This document shows positions 46,622 to 54,222 of a stretch of DNA of 64,000 nt, piece after piece. The stretch's first letter is position 1, and each line of letters begins with the position of its first letter. Position numbers and translations under genes: made by a program. The stretch comes from Burkholderiales bacterium. GTDB taxonomy: Bacteria > Pseudomonadota > Gammaproteobacteria > Burkholderiales > SG8-39. The stretch lies in contig DASRKB010000033.1 in the NCBI GenBank assembly GCA_035649175.1, forward strand, positions 17,605 through 81,604, given 5' to 3'. The notes under the pieces are model-generated. The model worked only from the letters and a program-made list of their open reading frames with translations. It did no database searches and was not told the origin of the DNA.

Positions 46622-47538
46622 CCTCTTGCCGGGAAAAGCCCCTGCGGCCGGAAGAAGAGCACCGCGGCCATGAGAACGTAGATCATGATCGAGCTTACCG
46701 AGGGCCCGAGGTTCGAAGCCACCATCGGCGGAAAGAGGCTCTGGAACACCATCGGCAGGAGCGCGCGGCCCATGGTGTCGACCAGTCCCACGAGCAGCGC
46801 CCCGACGAACGCGCCGCGGATAGAGCCGATGCCGCCGATGACGATGACGACGAAGGCGAGGATGAGGATGTTCTCACCCATGCCGACCTGCACCGCGAGG
46901 ATCGGCCCGAGCATCGCGCCGGCGAGACCGCAGAGCGCGGCCCCGATCGCGAAGACGATGGTGAAAAGCCGCCGGATGTTCACCCCCATGGCCACCGCCA
47001 TCTCGCGGTTCGAGGCGCCGGCGCGCACCAGCATGCCCACGCGGGTTTTCGCCACCAGCAAGTACAGGAGCACGGCAACCAGCAGGCCTATTCCGATGAT
47101 CGCCAGCCGGTAGGACGCGTACTGGATGCCGCCGGGGAGCTCCACCGGGCCGGTGAGCCCGGCAGGCCCGCTGAGCATGATCGGCTGCGACCCCCAGATG
47201 ATGCGCACCACCTCGTTGGCGATGAGGATGAGCGAGAAGGTGGCGAGCACCTGCGTCATGTGGTCGCGCTCGTACAGCCTCCTGAGAATCGTGACCTCCA
47301 GGGCGGCGCCGACCAGGGCGGTGGCGACGAGCGCGAGCGGCAGCGCCGCCCAGAACGAGCCGGTCGCCTGCGCGAGGCTCGCCATGAGGTAGGCGCCGAT
47401 CATGTAGAGCGAGCCGTGCGCGAGGTTGATCATGTCCATGATGCCGAATACGAGCGTGAGGCCCGCGGCGAGCAGGAACAGCATCAGCCCGAACTGGATG
47501 CCGTTCAGGGTCTGCTCGAGGAAAAGCGTCGCGGTCAT
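46618..47538 (-). CDS. HAAT ABC permease, LivH type (306 aa)
   Basis: Track ORF 46618..47538(-). Polytopic, starting MTATLFLEQTLNGIQFGLMLFLLAAGLTLVFG as LivH proteins do. Confidence 0.9.
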   Translation of the reverse strand: MTATLFLEQTLNGIQFGLMLFLLAAGLTLVFGIMDMINLAHGSLYMIGAYLMASLAQATGSFWAALPLALVATALVGAALEVTILRRLYERDHMTQVLATFSLILIANEVVRIIWGSQPIMLSGPAGLTGPVELPGGIQYASYRLAIIGIGLLVAVLLYLLVAKTRVGMLVRAGASNREMAVAMGVNIRRLFTIVFAIGAALCGLAGAMLGPILAVQVGMGENILILAFVVIVIGGIGSIRGAFVGALLVGLVDTMGRALLPMVFQSLFPPMVASNLGPSVSSIMIYVLMAAVLFFRPQGLFPARG

Positions 47539-47540
47539 GG

Positions 47541-47576
47541 AAACAAAAAAGGGTGGGACGTCACGCCCACCCCTTT
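47541..47576 (-). terminator. intrinsic-terminator-like hairpin between the binding-protein gene and the first permease gene
   Basis: The minus-strand RNA reads AAAGGGGUGGG-CGUGACGU-CCCACCCUUUUUUGUUU. That is a 7-bp G/C stem extendable with G-U/A-U pairs, followed by a 6-U tract. It starts 21 nt after the binding-protein stop (47597) and ends 3 nt before the permease ATG (47538). Confidence 0.6.
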
Positions 47577-47596
47577 CGGGCTGCCACTTCGAAAGC

Positions 47597-48787
47597 CTAT
47601 TTCATCTTGCAGTCTTTGGCCCAGAAGTCGACGTGGCTGGTGAGCACGGTGCCAACCTTCTTGTTGACGATGCGCCCCTTGTCGTCCTTGACGATCTGGC
47701 GCACGTAATAGTCCTGGATCGGCGTGCCGTTGGGCGCCGCCTTCCAGTCGCCGCGCGGTGACTTGATGCGGCCCGGGGCGCCCATCAGCGCGCTGCGGAA
47801 GGCCTGCACGTCCTCGACTCTGCCGTTCGCCGACTTGACCGCCGCGTCGATGACGAGCGCCGTGGTGTAGCCCTGCTCGGCGAAAAGCGACGGGATGCGC
47901 TTGTACTCCTTCTCGAATGCGGCGACGAACTTGCGGTTTGCGTCGTTGTCGAGGTCGTACGCCCAGTGCGAGCTGTCCAGGATGCCGAGCATCGGCTCGC
48001 CGACGGCGGGGATGATGTCTTGGTCGGAGACGAAGCCCGGCACGACGAGCTGGATGTCCTTCGAGAGACCCGAGGCGCCGAACTGCTTGAGGAAGTTGAT
48101 GCCCATGCCGCCGGGCAGGAAGGCATAAAGGGTGTCGGGCTTCGCCGCGCGGATCTGCGCGAGCTCCGCCGAATAGTCGAGCTGGTTAAGCTTGGTATAG
48201 ACCTCGGCGACCACGTTGCCCTTGTAGCCGCGCTTGAAGCCGGTGAGCGCATCCTTGCCCGCCGGGTAGTTCGGCGCGATGAGGTAGGCGTTCTTGTAGC
48301 CCTTCGAGGTGGCGAAGTGCCCGGCGGCCTCGTGGTGCCCCTCGTTCGGCCAGGAGGCGGAGAAGAAGTAGGGACTGCAGCCTTCGCCCGAGATGCGCGT
48401 CGGCGTGGAGTTGGGCGCCACGTAGAAGATCTTCGACTGCTCGATGGTCGGCCAGACCGCGAGCATCACGTTCGAGAAGATGACGCCGGTCATCAGGTTG
48501 ACGCGGTCGCGCTTGAGCAGGCGGTCGGCCTGCTGCTTGCCGACCTCGGGGTTGAGCTGGTCGTCGGCGAACACGATCTCGGTGGGCAGCCCGCCGAGCC
48601 GTCCGCCGAGCTCCTTGAGCGCGAGGTTGAAGCCGTCGCGCACCTCGATGCCGATGCCGCCCGCCGGGCCCGAGAGCGTGGAAAGGTAGCCGATCTTCAG
48701 CTCGTTCGCGGCTTGCGCAGACGTGACGAGCGCGCCTGATGTGGCAATGACACCGGTGGCAAGCGCGCCGACGATGAGCTTCACCAT
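47597..48787 (-). CDS. ABC transporter substrate-binding protein, LivK/amide-receptor fold (396 aa)
   Basis: Track ORF 47597..48787(-). Signal peptide ...ATSGALVTSAQAA and a GAGGAGGAGG Shine-Dalgarno. The LKIGYLSTLSGPAGGIG start of the mature domain is typical of this family. Confidence 0.9.
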   Translation of the reverse strand: MVKLIVGALATGVIATSGALVTSAQAANELKIGYLSTLSGPAGGIGIEVRDGFNLALKELGGRLGGLPTEIVFADDQLNPEVGKQQADRLLKRDRVNLMTGVIFSNVMLAVWPTIEQSKIFYVAPNSTPTRISGEGCSPYFFSASWPNEGHHEAAGHFATSKGYKNAYLIAPNYPAGKDALTGFKRGYKGNVVAEVYTKLNQLDYSAELAQIRAAKPDTLYAFLPGGMGINFLKQFGASGLSKDIQLVVPGFVSDQDIIPAVGEPMLGILDSSHWAYDLDNDANRKFVAAFEKEYKRIPSLFAEQGYTTALVIDAAVKSANGRVEDVQAFRSALMGAPGRIKSPRGDWKAAPNGTPIQDYYVRQIVKDDKGRIVNKKVGTVLTSHVDFWAKDCKMK

Positions 48788-48824
48788 GAGTAGCCTCCTC
48801 CTCGATTGATTCTACAATAGGATA

Positions 48825-49871
48825 ATGCCTTTCCAGCCGCGCGACCCGAGCGCGCCGCCGCTCTCCGGCAGGCCCGACGCGGCGAGCGTCAAGCGGCGCG
48901 CGATCGAGCTGGGCGCGGATCTCGCCGGCATCGCCTCCGCCGCCACGCTCAACGCCTTTCCGCCCGATCCGCGCTGGCCGCAGACGCCCGAGCGCATCTC
49001 GCCCTACGTGAAGAGCGTGGTGGTGCTGGTGCAGCGCATCCCGGCCGGCGCTTTCCGCGCGAAGACCAACGTGCCGGTGCAGTACATGGACATGCTCGTG
49101 CTGCGCAAGATGGACAAGGTCGCCTACCGGCTCGCCGGCGAGCTCGAGCGCCTCGGCCATCCCACCTTCGTCACCGCCGCGCAGGAGACCGACTGGAGTT
49201 ACAAGCGGGCCTCCTACGGCCGGCTCTCGACGCGCCACCTCGGCGTCGAGGCGGGCCTGGGCACGCTCGGCCTCGAGGTGAACATTCTCACGCCGGAGTT
49301 CGGCCCGCGCGTGTACCTCACCGGCATCCTCAGCGAGCTCGAGCTCGAGCCCGACGCGCGCATCACCGAGCAGGTGTGCATCGGCGAGTCCTGCAGCCGC
49401 TGCCTGCATTCGTGCCCGCCGAACGCAGTGCTGCACTGGGGCATCGACAAGCGCGGCTGCGCCACCGAGGCGCAGGAGTTCGGCTTCATGACCATGCTGC
49501 AGTTCATGGAGCGCGTCATCGACGCGCCGGCGGGCGAGCGCGCCGCGATGCTGAAGACGCGCGACCTCTTCGGTTTCTGGCAGGGCCTGCTGCGCGTCGT
49601 AGGCTCCTTCGGCGACTGCCCCCGCTGCCTCGCGGTATGCCCCGTGGGCAACGACTACCACATGCATCTTGCCGAGCAGCAGAAGGAGATCCCGGAGAAG
49701 ACGGCGGAAAAAATCGCCTTGCAGCAGAAATGGAAGGCGGACCGGAAAAAGGGCGCCGGCATCCCGGGTCTTTCCGACTGGAACGTGCGCTGGGTGGGCG
49801 AGGAGGGCTACAAGGGCATGGTCGCGAAGCAGCTCCAGGAGTTCAGGAAGCGCCAGAATGAAGTTTCATAA
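48825..49871 (+). CDS. QueG/reductive-dehalogenase-superfamily-like iron-sulfur protein, paralog 1 (348 aa)
   Basis: Track ORF 48825..49871(+). The N-terminal VKRRAIELGADLAGIA and central LSTRHLGVEAGLGTLGLEVNILTPEFGPRVYLTGILSELELEPD resemble epoxyqueuosine reductase. Two Cys clusters: CIGESCSRCLHSCP and GDCPRCLAVCPVG. Confidence 0.8.
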   Translation: MPFQPRDPSAPPLSGRPDAASVKRRAIELGADLAGIASAATLNAFPPDPRWPQTPERISPYVKSVVVLVQRIPAGAFRAKTNVPVQYMDMLVLRKMDKVAYRLAGELERLGHPTFVTAAQETDWSYKRASYGRLSTRHLGVEAGLGTLGLEVNILTPEFGPRVYLTGILSELELEPDARITEQVCIGESCSRCLHSCPPNAVLHWGIDKRGCATEAQEFGFMTMLQFMERVIDAPAGERAAMLKTRDLFGFWQGLLRVVGSFGDCPRCLAVCPVGNDYHMHLAEQQKEIPEKTAEKIALQQKWKADRKKGAGIPGLSDWNVRWVGEEGYKGMVAKQLQEFRKRQNEVS

Positions 49872-50790
49872 GAAGGATTTGTCTGCCCAGGAAGTCAAAG
49901 CAAGGGCGCTGGCGCTCGGCGCGGACCTGGTAGGCATCGCCGACGGCACGGCGATCGACGCCTCGCACATCACCGACCTCGACGCGGGCCGCGTCATCGT
50001 CCTCGCCAAGCGACTGAACGAGGGCGTCGCGCGAATCCGGCGCTGGGACGATCGGCACAAGTACTACAACGACGAGCTCGCGCTCACGCACCTCGAGGAG
50101 ACCTCGCTCGAGCTGGTGTACTGGCTGGAGGACTGCGGCTACCCCGCGGTCATCGTGCCTCCGACGCACGTCGACCCCGCGACCTACCGCGACGATCCGT
50201 CGGAGCATCTCGAGCCTCTGCTCTCGTTCTCGCGCGCCGCGGTGCAGGCGGGCCTCGGCACCCTCGGGCTCAACCTGCAGCTCCTCACGCCGCAATACGG
50301 ACCCCGCGTCATCCTCACTGCCGTGCTCTGCTCGCTGGAGGTTGAGTGCGACCGGCCGATGGCCGAGGCGCTGTGCCTCGGCCCCTCGTGCGGCCGCTGC
50401 CTGAAGACCTGCCCGGGAGACGCGGTGCTGCATTGGGGGCGTGACTGGGAGTCCTGCGACAAGCATCGCTCGCCGCACGGCTTCGCCCAGCTGGCGAGCC
50501 ACCTGGAAACAATCATCAAGGAAGAGAACCCGGGCAAGAGGAAAGCGCTGCTGCGCTCCGAAGACAGCTTCAACCTCTGGCAGAGCATCCTGCGCGGCGC
50601 GGGCGTCATCACCGGCTGCCGGCGCTGCGCCGACGTCTGCCCGGTCGGCGCCGACTACCAGACGATGCTCGCCGACGCGCTCGAGGAGATCCCAGAGAAC
50701 ACGCCGGAGAAGGAAAAGCGCCTGGCAGGCATGCAAGGCGAGCCGCCGGAAAGCCTCAGGCGCTTCGTCGGATTCCTGAAGGTGCTGTGA
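49858..50790 (+). CDS. QueG/reductive-dehalogenase-superfamily-like iron-sulfur protein, paralog 2 (310 aa)
   Basis: This is the last 310 aa of track ORF 49669..50790(+), from ATG 49858 (14-nt overlap with paralog 1). It is collinear with paralog 1: VKARALALGADLVGIA, AAVQAGLGTLGLNLQLLTPQYGPRVILTAVLCSLEVECD, CLGPSCGRCLKTCP, TGCRRCADVCPVG. Confidence 0.8.
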   Translation: MKFHKKDLSAQEVKARALALGADLVGIADGTAIDASHITDLDAGRVIVLAKRLNEGVARIRRWDDRHKYYNDELALTHLEETSLELVYWLEDCGYPAVIVPPTHVDPATYRDDPSEHLEPLLSFSRAAVQAGLGTLGLNLQLLTPQYGPRVILTAVLCSLEVECDRPMAEALCLGPSCGRCLKTCPGDAVLHWGRDWESCDKHRSPHGFAQLASHLETIIKEENPGKRKALLRSEDSFNLWQSILRGAGVITGCRRCADVCPVGADYQTMLADALEEIPENTPEKEKRLAGMQGEPPESLRRFVGFLKVL

Positions 50791-52070
50791 TGGCCTTGCC
50801 CAAGTCCCGCGAAGAGATCCGCCGCCTCCAGTCGGAGCGCAAGCGCCTCGCCGTCGAGCAGGCGATGCGCTCGCCCTTCTGGCGCAAGCGGCTTCCCAGA
50901 AGCATTTCCCTGGAGAAGCTGGAAGACGCGGAGGTGTGGCGCAGCATCCCGATCCTCGACAAGGACACGCTGCGCGCGATGAGCGACGCTGAGTTCTACG
51001 GCGAGTTCTGCCTTCAGAACCACGACGGCATCGCGGAGTACTGGCGCTCGGGCGGCGTGACCGGGCAGCCGCTTTTCTATCCCCGGAGCTTCCGCGACAT
51101 GGAGTACGGCCTCGAGTCCTTCGCGCGCACTTTCGATTGCGCCGGGCGCGGGCGCGGCGACCTGGCGCACGTCTCCTTCCCGATGGGCATCCATCCGGTG
51201 GGCCAGGTGTTCTCGCGCTGCGCCGCCTCGCGCGGCATCACGGTGAACTGGGCGGGCTCGGGCACGTCCACCCCTTCCGCGCTGCAGCTCGAGCTGATCC
51301 AGCGCTTGAAGCCGACCATCTGGCTCGGCATGTCGAGCTATGCGCTGCACCTCGCGAACCTTGCCGATGCCCGGGGCATCGAGCTCTCGGTGAAGAGCGT
51401 CATGACCTCCGCCGAGCCCGTTTCCAAGGCTAAGCGCGACAAGATCGAGCGTAGCTGGGGCGCGAAGCTCACCGACACCTTCGGCATGACCGAAGCCGGC
51501 ATGATGGGCGCAGAAAGCAAGGAAGATGAGGCCGGGGGCGGCTTCCGAGTGTGGAGCGACTTCTACTACGTCGAGGTGCTCGATCTCAAGTCGCTCGAGC
51601 CGGTGCGCGAAGGCGAGGTGGGCACGATGGTGGTAACCGCGCTGTGCACCAACAACATCACGCCCTTCCTGCGCTGGAGCTCCGGCGACCTCGTCACCTA
51701 CAGCGAAGCCGACGATGGTCGGGGGCCCTTCTCGGTGTTCCCACGCGTCAAGCACGCGCACCGCACCGCCGGCTTCTTCAAGATCCGCGGCATCAACCTG
51801 GGCCACCAGGACCTCGAGGACTTCATGTTCCGCCACCTCGAGATCGGCGATTTCCGCGCCGAGGCGGTGAACGAGGGCGGCAACGACATCCTGCGCCTTT
51901 GCATCGAGGTCAAGCGGGATATCGATCCGGACCGCCTGAGGGAGCTCTTGAGTCGTGAAGTAAAGGACAAGTTCGAGCTCGCGCCGCAAGTGGTCGTGCT
52001 CGACACCGGCACGCTCGCGCGCGAATTCGAGGCGAACGTCAAGGCCGCGCGCTTCGTCGACCGCCGCTAG
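50790..52070 (+). CDS. phenylacetate-CoA ligase (PaaK)/coenzyme-F390-synthetase-like adenylate-forming enzyme (426 aa)
   Basis: Track ORF 50787..52070(+). The layout and motifs are PaaK-like (..YWRSGGVTGQPLFYP.., ..FGMTEAG.., ..FFKIRGINLG..). I use ATG 50790 (TGATG overlap); GTG 50787 (GTGA overlap) is equally possible. Confidence 0.8.
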   Translation: MALPKSREEIRRLQSERKRLAVEQAMRSPFWRKRLPRSISLEKLEDAEVWRSIPILDKDTLRAMSDAEFYGEFCLQNHDGIAEYWRSGGVTGQPLFYPRSFRDMEYGLESFARTFDCAGRGRGDLAHVSFPMGIHPVGQVFSRCAASRGITVNWAGSGTSTPSALQLELIQRLKPTIWLGMSSYALHLANLADARGIELSVKSVMTSAEPVSKAKRDKIERSWGAKLTDTFGMTEAGMMGAESKEDEAGGGFRVWSDFYYVEVLDLKSLEPVREGEVGTMVVTALCTNNITPFLRWSSGDLVTYSEADDGRGPFSVFPRVKHAHRTAGFFKIRGINLGHQDLEDFMFRHLEIGDFRAEAVNEGGNDILRLCIEVKRDIDPDRLRELLSREVKDKFELAPQVVVLDTGTLAREFEANVKAARFVDRR

Positions 52071-52732
52071 CCCAGCATCTCCAGCACCTCTCCCGAGGCG
52101 CGCACGTCGCCGAATTGCTGGATCACGTTCTCCAGCGTCGCGCGCTGCTCCTCGCCGGAAAGCGCGGCGGTGCAGTCGGAAAGTAGCACCACCTTGAAGT
52201 CGAGCATCATGGCGTCGCGCGCCGTGCATTCGCAGCAGACGTTGGTCTTGGTGCCGGCGATGAGCAAGGTATCGATGCCCCTCCCTCGCAGGGTGTTCTC
52301 GAAACCATTCCGGATGAAGGCGCTGTAGCGATTCTTCGCGAGGCGCAGGTCCTCGGGTTTGGCGTCGAGCTCCGGCCACAGGGCTTGCAGCTTGGAGCCC
52401 GCCTCCAACGCGGCGGCGGCCTGCTCGCGCTTGCCCGGCGCGACGAAGGCGTCGAAGAAGCCGGCCCAGTCGCGGCCGCCCCGCTGGTTCTCGTGCATCA
52501 CCCAGATGACCGGCACCCCGCGCTCGCGCAAGGCGCCGGCGAGGCGGTTGATCGCGGGCACTATCTCCCGCGCCGCCGGCACCTCGATTGGCGCACCGGG
52601 CGCGACGAAGGCGTTCTGCATGTCGATCACGAGGAGCGCCGTGCGCTTCGCCTCCAGGCGCTCGAAGAGGTGCAGCCGGCCGCGGCGCGCCACGACGCGC
52701 TCGACGATCTCGGGACGGATGTCAGAGCGCAT
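52067..52732 (-). CDS. isochorismatase-family cysteine hydrolase (221 aa)
   Basis: Track ORF 52067..52732(-). ALLVIDMQNAF (Asp), ...KNRYSAF (Lys) and LLIAGTKTNVCCECTARDA (Cys) form the family catalytic-triad pattern. Confidence 0.85.
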   Translation of the reverse strand: MRSDIRPEIVERVVARRGRLHLFERLEAKRTALLVIDMQNAFVAPGAPIEVPAAREIVPAINRLAGALRERGVPVIWVMHENQRGGRDWAGFFDAFVAPGKREQAAAALEAGSKLQALWPELDAKPEDLRLAKNRYSAFIRNGFENTLRGRGIDTLLIAGTKTNVCCECTARDAMMLDFKVVLLSDCTAALSGEEQRATLENVIQQFGDVRASGEVLEMLG

Positions 52733-53603
52733 CGAAGTAGTCGGTCATCTTCTTTCTGAGCGAAGGATCGGGAAGAACACCGCGCGCGGCGCCGAGATTG
52801 TCCTCCATGTGCTTCGGGTTGCTCGTGCCCGGGATCGCGCAGGTCACCGCCGGGTGCGACACGATCCACTTGAGGAAGTACTGCGCCCAGCTCGCGATGC
52901 CGAGCCCGGCGGCCCAATCGGGCAGCGGCTTGTTGCGTACCTTTCGGAACAGGGACCCTTCGCCGAACGGCCGGTTGACCAGCACCCGCAGCCCGCGCTC
53001 CATCGCCATGGGGAGGATCTTCTCTTCGGCCGAGCGCTCGGCAAGCGAGTAGTTGATCTGCAGGAAGTCCCAGGGCGCGATCGTCATGGCACGTTGAACT
53101 TCGGAATACGCGGACGCGGTGTAGTGCGTTATGCCGATGTTGCGCACCCGGCCCTTCGCTTTCATGTCCTGCAGGGTCCTGGCGTGCACAGCGACATCGA
53201 CGAGGTTGTGGACCTGCATCAAGTCCATGATCTGCACGCGCAGGCGCCGGAACGAGGTCTCCATCTGGCGGACGCCGTCGTCCCGCCCGCGCGTCCACAC
53301 CTTGGTGGCGATGAAGACGCGCTCGCGGATGCCCAGCTCGGCGACCAGGTCGCCCACCACGCTCTCGGCGCTGCCATACATGGGTGAGGAATCCACCACG
53401 TTGCCCTCGAGCAGCTTCAGCACCTCGCGCAGCTCCGCGCGGGCGGCCGCGTCGGCACCGACGTCGAACGTCTGCCACGTTCCGAGGCCTATCCGGGGCA
53501 AAACGAGTGGTTTTGATGAAGACACTTTTCCCGACTGTCCCTTCAAGTCCGAGAGGTAGAGACCTAGACCGGAGGCGAGGAGCGCGCGTCTGCGGGCATC
53601 CAT
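52722..53603 (-). CDS. aldo/keto reductase, possibly exported (293 aa)
   Basis: This is the last 293 aa of track ORF 52722..54263(-), from ATG 53603..53601 (MDARRRALLASGLGLYL, a twin-arginine-like lead). AKR blocks: IGLGTWQTF, VDSSPMYG, VFIATKVW, DLMQVHN, GITHY, PGTSNPKHMEDN. Confidence 0.85.
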   Translation of the reverse strand: MDARRRALLASGLGLYLSDLKGQSGKVSSSKPLVLPRIGLGTWQTFDVGADAAARAELREVLKLLEGNVVDSSPMYGSAESVVGDLVAELGIRERVFIATKVWTRGRDDGVRQMETSFRRLRVQIMDLMQVHNLVDVAVHARTLQDMKAKGRVRNIGITHYTASAYSEVQRAMTIAPWDFLQINYSLAERSAEEKILPMAMERGLRVLVNRPFGEGSLFRKVRNKPLPDWAAGLGIASWAQYFLKWIVSHPAVTCAIPGTSNPKHMEDNLGAARGVLPDPSLRKKMTDYFDAL

Positions 53604-53639
53604 CGCCTCAGTTATAGTAGGCGAGAGGGAGGGAACGCA

Positions 53640-54215
53640 ATGGGCATTGGTGACTGGATCACGCTCGCGGTGCTGCTCGCCGTCGTCGGTTTCGCGATCG
53701 CGGTGTACAACCGGCTGGTCGTGCTGAAGAACCGCTTCAAGAACGCCTTCGCGCAGATCGACGTGCAGCTCAAGCGCCGCTACGAACTCATCCCCAACCT
53801 GGTCGAGTCGGTAAAGGGCTACCTGCAGCACGAGCGCGGCACGCTCGAGGCGGTGATCGCCGCGCGCGGCGCGGCGGTTAGCGCCGAGGGGCGCGCGGCG
53901 GCGCAGCCGGGCGATCCCCAGGCGATACGCGCGCTTGCCCAGGCCGAGGGAGCGCTCGGCGGCGCGCTCGGCCGGTTGCTCGCGGTGTTCGAGGCGTATC
54001 CCGACCTCAAGGCCAACCAGAACGTCGCATCGCTGCAGGAGGAGCTCTCCTTCGCGCGCCAGGCCTACAACGACGCCGTCATGGCCTTCAATACGCAGCG
54101 CGAGAGCTTCCCGGATAACGTGTTCGCCGGCGTGTTCGGATTCGCCGCCGCGGAGCTCCTGCAGTCGACCGAGTCGGCCGAGGAGCGTAAGGTCCCGAAG
54201 GTCTCCTTCAGCTAG
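53640..54215 (+). CDS. LemA-family protein (191 aa)
   Basis: Track ORF 53640..54215(+). An N-terminal TM helix is followed by YNRLVVLKNRFKNAFAQIDVQLKRRYELIPNLVESVKGY...YNDAVMAFNT...FP, the LemA signature. Confidence 0.9.
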   Translation: MGIGDWITLAVLLAVVGFAIAVYNRLVVLKNRFKNAFAQIDVQLKRRYELIPNLVESVKGYLQHERGTLEAVIAARGAAVSAEGRAAAQPGDPQAIRALAQAEGALGGALGRLLAVFEAYPDLKANQNVASLQEELSFARQAYNDAVMAFNTQRESFPDNVFAGVFGFAAAELLQSTESAEERKVPKVSFS

Positions 54216-54222
54216 CCGCCGC

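Noticed and set aside
48801-48824. An AT-rich motif ATTCTACAATAGGAT between the second ABC operon and the QueG-like genes. It resembles the TTCTAT...ATAGAA dyad at 18717 (a possible shared TetR regulon) and contains TTGATT and TACAAT hexamers.
   Set aside because: The half-site spacing differs (3 vs 6 nt) and one arm has a mismatch, so binding by the same dimer is unlikely. TTGATT and TACAAT are only 1 nt apart, so they cannot form a -35/-10 pair. This may just be shared AT-rich promoter character.
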